Below are positions 28,107-38,303 of a stretch of DNA of 64,000 bases, one piece after another. The DNA comes from Minisyncoccota bacterium (GTDB taxonomy: Bacteria; Patescibacteriota; Minisyncoccia; Phycocordibacterales; UBA9973). The notes under the pieces were generated by a model. The model made no database searches. It saw nothing but the letters and a program-made list of their open reading frames with translations, and was not told where the DNA came from. Each line of letters starts with the position of its first letter. Positions within the stretch are counted from its first letter, which is position 1. Made by a program: the position numbers and the translations under genes. The stretch covers positions 7,453 to 71,452 of the forward strand of contig JBAYKO010000002.1 in assembly GCA_041664605.1 (NCBI GenBank), given 5' to 3'.

Positions 28107-29936
28107 CTATAAAATTTCCACAATTCTTAATCTTATTTCTGATCTTCCACGAAAAATATTCTTTTCAATACACCCCACAAAACTAATTTTACTACCTATC
28201 CCTAGGTTATGTTTGTCTTTTTTATCTTTGGCAAAAAAACTAATTGCCTTAACACTCTCACTATTTTCTTTCTTAAAAATAACTTCCAAATGTAGTTGTC
28301 CTTTTCCAAAATATCTAAATTCTTCAATTTTTAAATCTTGAAAATAAAAAAGTGGTTTAGGGTTTGAAATACCAAACGGAGAAAGCATTTCAATAATTTT
28401 ATAATTTTTTTCATTCACATCTTCAACTTCCATTTTTTTATCAACCAAAGTTTTTTTATTATAATTTTTTTTATCCTGCGAAGCCTCGGCGTAGCAAGAC
28501 AAAATTCTTTCTTCTAGAAAATAAATTTCTTCATGTGAGACCGAAAAACCACCAGCCATTTCATGTCCACCGAAATTGGTAAAAGTTTTCTCTCCAGCTA
28601 ACTTCATTAAAAGTGAGAGGTCTAAATCACCGCATGATCTACATGATCCTTTTATATCTTCTCCTCCCTCCATTCCCCAAACAAAAACTGATTTTCCGTA
28701 TTCTTCAGAAATTTTTGAAGCCACAATTCCCAAAACTCCAATTCGCCATTTTGGATTTCCTATAACAATAATTTCTTTTTCTTCACCAGACTCTATTCTT
28801 TTTTCTAAAGTTGCTTTTGCTTCTTTCACAATACCTGCCACAATAATTTTTCTATCATCATTTATTTTACTCAAGTGAAGTGCTAGTGCCCCTGCTTCCT
28901 TTTCATCATCTGTTGCAAGTAATTCAAAAGCACGCCATGGATTATCCATTCTTGAAGCGGCATTTATTTTAGGCACAATAGAAAAAGAAATATCATCTTC
29001 TGTTAAATATCTTGGATCAATATACATAAGAGCTAAGAGTTTTTGAAGTCCAAGCCGGCGATTTTTTCTTAAAACTTTCAAACCGAAATAAGCAAAAACT
29101 CTATTTTCTCCAACCAAAGGAACTGAATCAGCAACCGTTGCAAGTCCAACCATATCTAAAAGCCATTTTTCCCATCCCTCACTAATTTTTTCCGAGAAAA
29201 AATTAGTGAGGGATGAATCCTTACTCTTTCCAACTTCTTCATTATATTTTCGTATCAGTGCTTGAATTAATTTAAAAGCCACTCCTGCTCCACAAAGCAT
29301 TTTAAAAGGATATTCATCATCTTCTTGTTTAGAATTTAAAATTGCATAGGCCGGAGGTAAAATAGTCCCAGGAATATGATGGTCTGTAACTATTACGTCA
29401 ATTCCTAAATCGTTCGCATATTTTATTTCATCTACATCTGTTATTCCAAGATCAACAGTAATTAGAAGTGATGCTTTTTTATTGGAAATTTTCAAAATAG
29501 ATTCTTTGTTTAAGCCATAACCCTCATCGTGTCGGTGCGGAATATAAATTTCATAATTTTCATATTTAATTTTTTTAAAAAAGTCGTTGAAAATTACACA
29601 ACCGGGAATTCCATCAGAGTCATAATCACCAAAAACCACAATTTTTTCATTTTGTTTTATGGCAAGCATTATTCTTTGCACAGCCCTTTCCATTCCAAGC
29701 ATTAAAAATGGGTCATGTAAATCATTTTCGTAAGATGGATTTAAAAATTTCTCTGATTCTTCTTTAGTGATAATTCCTCTATTAAAAAGTAACCTTTTTA
29801 CCAATTCCGGATAACCATCAAAATCTGTTATATTTTCATGGCCCAGAGGATAAAAAGCATATTTATCACCTAAAGAAAGTTTTTTATTATCATTTCGCAA
29901 CGAATCAGAAGAAACATCCATACTTTCAACTTTCAT
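28107..29936 (-). CDS. recJ: ssDNA exonuclease RecJ
   Basis: GDYDSDG, TDHH, ATVAD, PKINAASR, GGHEMAGG. Confidence 0.95.
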   Translation of the reverse strand: MKVESMDVSSDSLRNDNKKLSLGDKYAFYPLGHENITDFDGYPELVKRLLFNRGIITKEESEKFLNPSYENDLHDPFLMLGMERAVQRIMLAIKQNEKIVVFGDYDSDGIPGCVIFNDFFKKIKYENYEIYIPHRHDEGYGLNKESILKISNKKASLLITVDLGITDVDEIKYANDLGIDVIVTDHHIPGTILPPAYAILNSKQEDDEYPFKMLCGAGVAFKLIQALIRKYNEEVGKSKDSSLTNFFSEKISEGWEKWLLDMVGLATVADSVPLVGENRVFAYFGLKVLRKNRRLGLQKLLALMYIDPRYLTEDDISFSIVPKINAASRMDNPWRAFELLATDDEKEAGALALHLSKINDDRKIIVAGIVKEAKATLEKRIESGEEKEIIVIGNPKWRIGVLGIVASKISEEYGKSVFVWGMEGGEDIKGSCRSCGDLDLSLLMKLAGEKTFTNFGGHEMAGGFSVSHEEIYFLEERILSCYAEASQDKKNYNKKTLVDKKMEVEDVNEKNYKIIEMLSPFGISNPKPLFYFQDLKIEEFRYFGKGQLHLEVIFKKENSESVKAISFFAKDKKDKHNLGIGSKISFVGCIEKNIFRGRSEIRLRIVEIL

Positions 29937-30011
29937 GATATGATTATAACAAGTAAAGTTGAAAGTTATAAAGTTTATAAAGTTATAAAGCAAAAAAATA
30001 TAATAAATCAA

Positions 30012-30428
30012 ATGGAAAACTGTTTATTTTGTAAAATTATAAAAAAAGAAATTGATAGCTCGATTATATATGAAGATGATAAATTTATAGCTATTTTAGA
30101 CATAAGCCCAATAAATATTGGTCATTCATTGTTAATCCCAAAAGAACATTCTGTAAACATTTTTGATATCAAAGAAGAAACACTAAGTGAAGCTGCACCA
30201 ATATTGAAAAAATTATCTTTAGCTATAAAAAAAGCAGTAGATGCCGATGGAATTAATATTCACATGAATAACGAAGAAGCAGGTGGACAAGCTATTATGC
30301 ACACACACTTTCATGTAATTCCAAGATATAAAGATGATGGAATAGTCCAATGGAAATCAGTACGAGGATACTCTGGAGAAGACGAAGAACAAGAAATAAT
30401 AATAAAAATCAAAAGCGCCTTAAAATAG
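30012..30428 (+). CDS. HIT family protein
   Basis: CLFCKI...GHSLLIPK...HTHFHVIPR. Confidence 0.95.
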   Translation: MENCLFCKIIKKEIDSSIIYEDDKFIAILDISPINIGHSLLIPKEHSVNIFDIKEETLSEAAPILKKLSLAIKKAVDADGINIHMNNEEAGGQAIMHTHFHVIPRYKDDGIVQWKSVRGYSGEDEEQEIIIKIKSALK

Positions 30429-30528
30429 GCGCTTTTGATTTTTATCCCCCAATTTACATATTTACGCCATGGCGTAAATATGTAACTTAAGATTTTTATA
30501 TTAAATAAACCTCAATTTTTAAATTTAT

Positions 30529-31659
30529 TTAATTCTTTCCTTTCTCAAGAGCCCTGATCCCAGGAAGTGTTCCTTTTGAAAGATAATCTATCATTGCTCC
30601 TCCACCAGTTGAAACAAAATTTATTTTATTTTCAATCTTCAGTTTTGAAATGGTGGTGACAGTATCCCCTCCACCTATTATTGTTTTAGCATCAGTTTTT
30701 ACTAAAAATTTAATTAACTCCGATGTTGCTTTATCGAAGCCTTCTTCGTAAACTCCAAGTGGCCCATTCCATAAAACAAGCTTTGATTTTGTGATATAAC
30801 TTTCAAGTATTTTTATTGTTTCTTCTCCAACATCAACTATTTTTTCATCGTGGAAAACCTTATCAACCTTCCTTGTAGAAACTTTTTTACCGTCAGTTAC
30901 AAGAACATCAACTGGTAAAATAATTTTACTATTTTTTATTAAACTTCTTAACCCAAAATTTTTATTATCAAAAGAAGATGTCCCTATTTCAAAACCTTGT
31001 TCTTTAAAAAAATTATTCGCAATTGCCCCACCGATAAAAATATAGTCAGCAATTTTTACATATTTTTTTATCAAAGGCATTTTTGTTTCAAATTTTGCAC
31101 CACCCAAGATAAACAAAAAAGGATGTTCTGGTTTTTTAAACAAGGCTTCCAGATGATGAATTTCCTCTTCAAAATTAAGCCCCATATAGCTCGGTAAAAA
31201 TTTAGTTATTGAATCAATAGATGCATGGTTTCTATGTGAAGAAGAAAAAGCTTCGTTTACATAAATATCTCCTAGTCGTGAGATTCCACGAGCAAAAGAC
31301 ACGTCATCTTTCTTTTCTCCTTCATGTTTCCTTAAATTCTCTAGCAGAAAAACTGAATTATTTTTCATTTTAGCAACCTCATCATTAACATTATCTCCCA
31401 AAGAAGTCGGGATAAAAACTGTCGGAATAATTTTATTTAAATAATCTGCCACAGGTTTTAAACTTTGACTCCCATCATCTCCGATATGGCTTATCAAAAT
31501 AATTTTTGCTCCTTTTGATTTTAAAAATTCTATTGTTGGTAATGATTTTCTAATACGAAAATCATCAAAAACCTTACCATTTTTTAATGGAACATTAAAA
31601 TCAACTCGAACAATTATTTTTTTTCCTTTTAAATTATTAGCCTTTTTTATTGAATTCAT
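30529..31659 (-). CDS. pgk: Phosphoglycerate kinase
   Basis: RVDFNVP, LENLR, WNGPLG, GGGDT, STGGGA. Confidence 0.98.
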   Translation of the reverse strand: MNSIKKANNLKGKKIIVRVDFNVPLKNGKVFDDFRIRKSLPTIEFLKSKGAKIILISHIGDDGSQSLKPVADYLNKIIPTVFIPTSLGDNVNDEVAKMKNNSVFLLENLRKHEGEKKDDVSFARGISRLGDIYVNEAFSSSHRNHASIDSITKFLPSYMGLNFEEEIHHLEALFKKPEHPFLFILGGAKFETKMPLIKKYVKIADYIFIGGAIANNFFKEQGFEIGTSSFDNKNFGLRSLIKNSKIILPVDVLVTDGKKVSTRKVDKVFHDEKIVDVGEETIKILESYITKSKLVLWNGPLGVYEEGFDKATSELIKFLVKTDAKTIIGGGDTVTTISKLKIENKINFVSTGGGAMIDYLSKGTLPGIRALEKGKN

Positions 31660-31663
31660 TTTT

Positions 31664-32428
31664 TTACTTTACACTCTTTAATATTTCTCCAAACTTTTTT
31701 GAATCTAAACTATCTCTACCAACTAAAAGCCCATCTGCTCCACCATTTTCCAAAAAATCTTTTGCATTTTTATGATTTACTGATCCACCATAAACTATTC
31801 TTAGGGAAGAAATATTCTTTACCCCAAACATATCCGATAAAACCCTTCTAATAAAAATACTCATTTCTAAAAATTCTTCTGGTATTGCTTGTCTTTTTGC
31901 ATTTTTCCCAATCGCCCAAATGGGTTCATAAGCAATTATTAATTTGGAAAACATATTTTTAGAGAAACCCTTTAATCCTTCTTCAATTTCTTTCTTAATA
32001 AAAGTCAAATATTCATGATTTTCATCTCTTTCTCTTTCGCCAACACACAAAATTGGGATTATTTTATTTTTCAAACAAGCTTTTATTTTTAAATTAGTCA
32101 TTTCATTTGTCTCACCAAATGCCCGTTTTTCCGAATGACCAACAATCGAATATTTTATCCCTAAGTAATAAAGCATCCTTGGAGAAATTTCTCCAGTAAA
32201 AGAGCCTGATTCTTCCCAGTATAAATCTTGTGCCCCAATAGAAAAATTCTCACTTTTTGAATTTTTAGCCAAATTTTCAAGAAAAATAAAAGGAGGACAA
32301 ATAACCACCTTAGCCTTATTGATTCCGGAAGCTATTTTTTTAATAGCAAAGAACTCTTTTTTCGCCTCGCGCGTTGTCAAAGGGTTCATTTTCCAATTTC
32401 CTATGATAATTTTCCTACCTGTTGACAT
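31664..32428 (-). CDS. tpiA: Triosephosphate isomerase
   Basis: GNWKMN, GHSEKR, AYEPIWAIG, YGGSV. Confidence 0.98.
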   Translation of the reverse strand: MSTGRKIIIGNWKMNPLTTREAKKEFFAIKKIASGINKAKVVICPPFIFLENLAKNSKSENFSIGAQDLYWEESGSFTGEISPRMLYYLGIKYSIVGHSEKRAFGETNEMTNLKIKACLKNKIIPILCVGERERDENHEYLTFIKKEIEEGLKGFSKNMFSKLIIAYEPIWAIGKNAKRQAIPEEFLEMSIFIRRVLSDMFGVKNISSLRIVYGGSVNHKNAKDFLENGGADGLLVGRDSLDSKKFGEILKSVK

Positions 32429-32435
32429 TATTTTA

Positions 32436-32552
32436 TCCAACACTAAATTGTGTTATTGGTATGTGTTTATTAAAAAATAGAGACAAAAACCTCCATATTG
32501 CTATATCAATTACTCAAAAAGGAGATTAAAATGAACATAATTTAGTGCTGGA
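32436..32552. mobile_element. Inverted-repeat mini-element upstream of tpiA with TTTA flanking duplication
   Basis: tccaacactaaattgtgtt / aacataatttagtgctgga; TTTA at 32432-32435 and 32553-32556. Confidence 0.55.
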
Positions 32553-32633
32553 TTTATTTTACCACAAATAATCAAAAACCCCTCCGATTTTTATCAGCAG
32601 GGGTTTTTAAATTTAATATAATTATTTACTCAA

Positions 32634-33941
32634 CTAAGGCTGTAGAACACCACCAATCAAGCAACCCTGGTATCCAAATACACCATTTGCTCCAGTACCA
32701 TAACCAGAATAACCAGTTCCACCATAGATAACGTTACCAGTATCCGTATTGTAAGCCCAAAGATTACAAAGAGTATTACCACCTGCTACAGCAACACCAG
32801 TGTCAACAGAGAATGGGATTAGGCGAGAACCGGCATTAGAACCAGAACCACCACTTGAAAAAATTCCCATTGATTTCGGTAGATAAACATTATTTTTTGT
32901 TTTAGTTTCTTGAGCTTTTAGTAATTCATAAAGAGCAGTCCTTGTTGTAGAATCAACTACTCCTGTTTTAATTAAGCTTTTTTCTTGTTGCAATTTAAGT
33001 ATCGCTGACCTTGTTGCACTACCAAAAGAACCAGTTATTTTTGTAGATAATGGAATATATCCTGCATTTTTTAGAATATATTGAAAAGCTTTTATTTCAT
33101 CACCTTGCATACCAAGAGCAAGAGTAAATGGGTTAGTTGGATTTTGAGCTATTAAACCACCCGAACCACCTCTATTGGTAGGTCCGCCAGTACATTCTTT
33201 AGGAGTTGCAGGCATATTTTGACCTTCACAAGAACTCCATGTCATTATTTGACCATTTAGCCAGCAATTTACAATACATGTTTTTTTATTCCAAATGAAA
33301 TCACCTCGTTGTTGTTTTAAATTTGAATAAGTTGTAGTTGGATTTTTTGTGGCAGTCGTTGTAGTAGTAGAAGTAGTTGTAGTTTTAGTTTCAGTAGTAG
33401 TATTATTAGCAATCTGAGAAGCATTTATAGTAAAAGTATTATTTGAATAATCTGTAAGACCACTTATTTGCCCAGTTGAAATTATTTTCAGTTTGAAATT
33501 ATTTGTTCCCAAAGAAGGAGCATTGACGATACTTGGAGTATGAGAAATATTACTACCAAATGAACTTTCACCTGACCCTAATGAATATGCCATTGAAGGA
33601 ATTGCCATATCAATTATCCAAACTTGTGCTCCTTGTCCAATAGCAATGTTACAACCTGACCAAGTTGGACGTATATTATCATTAAGATTGAAAATTTGCC
33701 CACCATTTGGATTTGTTACTTCTATCCAAGCAGGTGTTGTTGGTAAACAAACTCTCGCAGTAGGACCAGATGTAACAGCACTTGTTACAGCTGCTGACAG
33801 CTGAGATTGTAAATCTAGAACTTTTTGGTTAAGTTCTGAAATTTGATTCATTACATCATCTATTGTTGATGCTTTTGTTATTATTGGCATTGACACAAGC
33901 AACACCGACAATAAAATAAATAGACCTAATATTTTTTTCAT
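32634..33941 (-). CDS. Secreted protein with Ser/Thr-rich linker and peptidoglycan-binding domain
   Basis: Signal peptide; PNGG Ig-like domain; LALGMQGDEIKAFQ...TGSFGSATRSAI..Q..TGVVD PG-binding pattern. Confidence 0.8.
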   Translation of the reverse strand: MKKILGLFILLSVLLVSMPIITKASTIDDVMNQISELNQKVLDLQSQLSAAVTSAVTSGPTARVCLPTTPAWIEVTNPNGGQIFNLNDNIRPTWSGCNIAIGQGAQVWIIDMAIPSMAYSLGSGESSFGSNISHTPSIVNAPSLGTNNFKLKIISTGQISGLTDYSNNTFTINASQIANNTTTETKTTTTSTTTTTATKNPTTTYSNLKQQRGDFIWNKKTCIVNCWLNGQIMTWSSCEGQNMPATPKECTGGPTNRGGSGGLIAQNPTNPFTLALGMQGDEIKAFQYILKNAGYIPLSTKITGSFGSATRSAILKLQQEKSLIKTGVVDSTTRTALYELLKAQETKTKNNVYLPKSMGIFSSGGSGSNAGSRLIPFSVDTGVAVAGGNTLCNLWAYNTDTGNVIYGGTGYSGYGTGANGVFGYQGCLIGGVLQP

Positions 33942-34115
33942 AATTTATGATTGTCCTTCATAGCCTGTTTAGAATTAGAACAAAGCCGAAGGGTTAATTA
34001 ATAATAATATTTTTCAATGTTTTAATTATACCCTCTTATGTTAAAAAGTAAAAGGTAAAAGGGAATTACAAAAATCCCCTAGTTGGGGGATTTTTGTAAT
34101 TAAAATTAATTATTA

Positions 34116-35081
34116 TTACTGACAACCAGCGGGACAATCAGAATCATTATAATTTCCACCTGGCTTACATGGTCCAGCAGAAACTGTATGAGTAACAGAA
34201 TTTCCTGAATTACCGTTACTGTCAGTTACAGTTAAATTAATATTATAAACTAGAGGGTCTGTCGCTGTTGGCCCAGGTCTATCAAAAAGAAAAGTTCTTG
34301 GATTACCAGCAAATGTTTGACTAGGATAACCACCACCACTCTTTGTATATGAATAAGTTAGTGACCCAATTCCACCTTGTGATGTCCCCGTAAGTTGATA
34401 AGTTTTATCAGTACACTCAGTCCCAGTTTTATTTTGAGTAAAAGATGCAGTTACTGCTATATTAGCACTGCAATAATCCGGATTACCACCATTAATACCA
34501 GAACAATTCCAAGAATAAATATGCTGAATTGGTAGTGGGGTTGATGCTATACCAGAGTTACAAAGATTTGTAGGAGGAGATGTCACAAATTGACCATCTG
34601 ACGCACCACAAGCACCATCGATTGAGAAATCACAAATAAATAGTTTTCCTTCACTATCAGCACAAAGCTGTTTTCCTTCATTTCCAGTCAGAGAGCTGAC
34701 TCTCATTTTTCCTAAAGTATTATCAACTCCTTTAACTGTTAGGGCTTCAATATGGATGGCTGTTTCTGGATCTGTTTGTATAAGTTGAGTGTTTAAAACT
34801 GAAAGTTTTTGTGCAAATTGAGAATCTTGTGATGCTAAAAATCCAGCCACAGATAACCCTGCACTTTTTTCAAAAACAGAATTACCTTTATCTATGGGGC
34901 GACATGGATTTGAGTCTGGAAAAGATCCTGGATTATTTAGAGAAGATGATTCTGGTGTTATACAAGTATGACTATCTGATGAAACAATTTTAGAATTTCC
35001 AAAACTTAGATAACTAACAGCAATCCCAAAAACAAGCGCCAGTGATATTATTTTTATTGATTGTAATATTTCTTTTTTCAT
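34116..35081 (-). CDS. Secreted Cys-rich surface protein (paralog 1)
   Basis: MKKEILQ signal; GACG...NLC..G...WNC.G.NGG..C module. Confidence 0.8.
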   Translation of the reverse strand: MKKEILQSIKIISLALVFGIAVSYLSFGNSKIVSSDSHTCITPESSSLNNPGSFPDSNPCRPIDKGNSVFEKSAGLSVAGFLASQDSQFAQKLSVLNTQLIQTDPETAIHIEALTVKGVDNTLGKMRVSSLTGNEGKQLCADSEGKLFICDFSIDGACGASDGQFVTSPPTNLCNSGIASTPLPIQHIYSWNCSGINGGNPDYCSANIAVTASFTQNKTGTECTDKTYQLTGTSQGGIGSLTYSYTKSGGGYPSQTFAGNPRTFLFDRPGPTATDPLVYNINLTVTDSNGNSGNSVTHTVSAGPCKPGGNYNDSDCPAGCQ

Positions 35082-35241
35082 CCTGTAGTGAATTTTCAAA
35101 TTGTTTTTTAAAACAGGTTTGAATTTTTAATTAATGTTTAATATTTTTTACGACTTTAATATTATTTTTTATTTTATTACCCCGTAATAATTTGAAAATC
35201 TGCTACGGGATTCATATTTTTGCTTTTATGCCAATTAGTTA

Positions 35242-36879
35242 TTAAAGTTTAGTGAATTTAATATAACCATTTCCTCCAACTCCTCCACCAGCTCCAGAGT
35301 TACAACCACCTCCACTACCACGATCTCCTCCACCTCCACCTCCACCTCCTTGTCCACCAGTACCAAGATTTCCATTATCTCCACCTGTTCCGTTACTTTC
35401 CTCACCATAAGCTCCTCCGTTTATAAGAACCCCATCGTAACAAGAAGATCCTCCTCCATTTCCACCATTACCTCCATGACCATCTGCTCTTGTATCTCCA
35501 TTGTATCCATTTCCACAACCAGAATTTTGACAAGAGTTTGGATTACAACTTCCAGCACCACCTGAACCACCTTGTCCGTAGAGATAATATGATCCATCAG
35601 TACCACCAAACCCGCCCTGACCACCAGGTGCAGACAAAGTTAAGACAGTAGTAGCTTCTCCACTTCCTCCATAATCCCCAGAAGTGACACCATCGCCACA
35701 AGCAGCACCATTATCAAAACCACGATTACCGCCAGCACCAACATGAAATGAAATCGTTTGGCCAGCAGTTAAATTTGTTTCAAGATAAGAATACCCACCC
35801 ATACCTCCTCCACCACCTCCTTGTCCACCAGTATTAGTAAGACTATCTAAAGCTCCCCCACCTCCTTGTCCTCCACCTCCACGAGCTTCAATTTTATAAT
35901 TACCACCACAACCAGCATGAATGGTATAAGACGAAGAACCTGGAGTTGTAAAATTGAAATTTGGTTGGTCACAATTAACAGGAACAGGTGCCTCACATGG
36001 TGCATCTATACCTCCGTTTATTCCAAAACATGTCCAATGCCATGATGAACCATCACTAGTAACGAGAGAAGCATTACCTTGTGAACAAAGACTGCCATAC
36101 ATATCATCTGGCGCCGAAGAAGCTGGAACAGAATCTGCTGGACCGCAAGCTCCAGGAATTGCAGGACATAAAATTAATTTTCCCAAAACATCAACACACA
36201 CCTCTTTATTACTATTATTTACCAAAGACGAAAGTTTCATATTTTGAGCTCTTTCAGTCCCAGCAACATCCAAAACATATTCGTCTGTATCAGTACCACC
36301 AAATATTTCACCAAATATTCCACCTTGAGCCAAATTAGGAATACATTGCGCCCCTAAATTGGGAACAATTTCACAATGTGTATCCGAAGGACAATTCAAA
36401 AGATCACATCCGCTTGGATTTGGAATACAAGTTGTAAAATAACAATAAAAACCAGTAGTACAAGCAGGATTACACCCTATTCCTTCAGGAGAAATAGGAT
36501 CAACAAGATCAGCTAACACTTTTTTTATATTAAAAGTTTTATTTAAAAAACTGAGTGAATTATTTATTCCTTTATAGTTAAACACTTGTTGAGATCCTCC
36601 ATTTCCTTCTTCCCCTGGAATAACAGGAGGAGTATAAGTACCAACAATTAGTTTAGTATAGAACCAGGCATTTTCTGTTGCAAAAAATGGATCAACTGCT
36701 AAATTACCATTTTTTACTTGAGCAGAAGTACTATTATTTACAGGGCCTGAAGTCGGTGTTCCTGCTTGTGATGTAGGGAAATTCCAAGTAGTGTTTGTGG
36801 CAAAAGCAAAGCCAATTGAAAGACAGACAATTAATCCTAGTATAGTTATTTTTAATCCTTGTAATATTTCTTTTTTCAT
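35242..36879 (-). CDS. Secreted Cys/Gly-rich surface protein (paralog 2)
   Basis: MKKEILQ signal; QVKNGNL, GACG module, glycine-rich C-terminal domain. Confidence 0.8.
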   Translation of the reverse strand: MKKEILQGLKITILGLIVCLSIGFAFATNTTWNFPTSQAGTPTSGPVNNSTSAQVKNGNLAVDPFFATENAWFYTKLIVGTYTPPVIPGEEGNGGSQQVFNYKGINNSLSFLNKTFNIKKVLADLVDPISPEGIGCNPACTTGFYCYFTTCIPNPSGCDLLNCPSDTHCEIVPNLGAQCIPNLAQGGIFGEIFGGTDTDEYVLDVAGTERAQNMKLSSLVNNSNKEVCVDVLGKLILCPAIPGACGPADSVPASSAPDDMYGSLCSQGNASLVTSDGSSWHWTCFGINGGIDAPCEAPVPVNCDQPNFNFTTPGSSSYTIHAGCGGNYKIEARGGGGQGGGGALDSLTNTGGQGGGGGGMGGYSYLETNLTAGQTISFHVGAGGNRGFDNGAACGDGVTSGDYGGSGEATTVLTLSAPGGQGGFGGTDGSYYLYGQGGSGGAGSCNPNSCQNSGCGNGYNGDTRADGHGGNGGNGGGSSCYDGVLINGGAYGEESNGTGGDNGNLGTGGQGGGGGGGGDRGSGGGCNSGAGGGVGGNGYIKFTKL

Positions 36880-36916
36880 ATTTTTTATATTTGTTTTGTT
36901 TTTAGGATTAATAATT

Positions 36917-38233
36917 TTAATTCCAGACAACCTTTAGCCAACCACTTCCACCATTTCCACCACTTCCGCCAGAGTGTAGAGAACCATATCCTCCACCTCC
37001 TCCACCTCCTCCATAACCACCAGTTTGGTTTCCTCCAGGGCCTGAAGCTCCAGGATCCCCTGCTTTTTCTGCAGGATCACCATTAAACCCAGCAGGACCA
37101 CCAAGAACAGTTACACCACTGCAACCAGTACCACCCCCATTTCCACCATTTCCATAAGTAGAAGGTTTTCCATCAGCATAATAATCAGCTGGACAATCTC
37201 CGAAATAACCGCTAGTTCCTTGGAATCCACCCCAATTTATATTGTTACCATAATCACCACCTCCTTTACCCCCAGGAGCAACCAAGTATGAACCGAATGA
37301 AGTACTCCCGGCATCTCCTCCAGGAATTCCTGTTTTGTCTTCTGTGCTTCCACTATTTGCACCACCAGCACCACCAGCACCACCAGCACCAATGGTAATC
37401 GGTATAACTTGCCCTGATGTTATTCCTAATTGTAAATAAGTATTATCTAATGAACCAAGTCCGCCACGTCCGCCTCCGCCACCTCCCATCTGGGAACCAA
37501 AGGCACTTTCATTACTACCACCAGCACCACCTCCTCCTCCACCACGAGCTGTTACTACTATATGAGAACAACCAAGTGGAACTGTCCAACTAGAAGATCC
37601 GACAGTATTAAATATTTGAGATCCAGAAATACAGGCGGGGATTGTAGCACAAGAAACCGTTGATCCGAGTGGGGGTGGAGTTGTACATGTCCAATTAAAT
37701 GGACCACCTAAAACACCAGTAACAGCAGATGGTGACCCTCCTGTAGCACAAAGATTTGTTGTTGGTGCATTCATAAATACCTGACCATATGAAGTTCCAC
37801 AACCAGGCATAACAAGATCTGGACATTTAATTAACTGCCCAATACTATTAGCACAAACTCTTTTCTGAGTTGAATTTATTAACCCTGTGATTTTTACATC
37901 ACCAGCGATTTTTTTATTTCCAAAAACTGTTAGTGTGTCCGGAATTGGTTGCCCAAGTTGATAAAATACTGGTATGTCATTCCCAACTACAACTTTTCTG
38001 TTAACACTTGAATTTTGAGTTGCTAAAAACGACATGACTGATAAATCTCCCTTTTTTACTTGAGCAACTATTCCTTCGTGAATATATGGATAGGTATTTC
38101 CATTATTAGTTAGATCTGTCGGGGGAGTGTTTGATGGGGTAAGAAATGTCTGCGCATTCAACATCCCAACACTAAGACTTATTATTAGTCCTAAAAAAAT
38201 TATTTTTCCTGCTTGTATAAAATCTTTTTTCAT
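36917..38233 (-). CDS. Secreted Cys/Gly-rich surface protein (paralog 3)
   Basis: MKKDFIQ signal; QVKKGDL, Cys module, ARGGGGGG...GGSGWLKVVW Gly-rich domain. Confidence 0.8.
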   Translation of the reverse strand: MKKDFIQAGKIIFLGLIISLSVGMLNAQTFLTPSNTPPTDLTNNGNTYPYIHEGIVAQVKKGDLSVMSFLATQNSSVNRKVVVGNDIPVFYQLGQPIPDTLTVFGNKKIAGDVKITGLINSTQKRVCANSIGQLIKCPDLVMPGCGTSYGQVFMNAPTTNLCATGGSPSAVTGVLGGPFNWTCTTPPPLGSTVSCATIPACISGSQIFNTVGSSSWTVPLGCSHIVVTARGGGGGGAGGSNESAFGSQMGGGGGGRGGLGSLDNTYLQLGITSGQVIPITIGAGGAGGAGGANSGSTEDKTGIPGGDAGSTSFGSYLVAPGGKGGGDYGNNINWGGFQGTSGYFGDCPADYYADGKPSTYGNGGNGGGTGCSGVTVLGGPAGFNGDPAEKAGDPGASGPGGNQTGGYGGGGGGGGYGSLHSGGSGGNGGSGWLKVVWN

Positions 38234-38303
38234 AGTTTTTGCTTTCCCGCAGAAGGCGGGACGCCCCGCCTTCTGCGGGACAAATTAACAATTATTTATA
38301 ATT

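Noticed and set aside
35242-38233. Diversity-generating retroelement or shufflon acting on the surface-protein paralogs
   Set aside because: No reverse transcriptase, no adenine-specific TR/VR pair and no invertase or inverted tips seen
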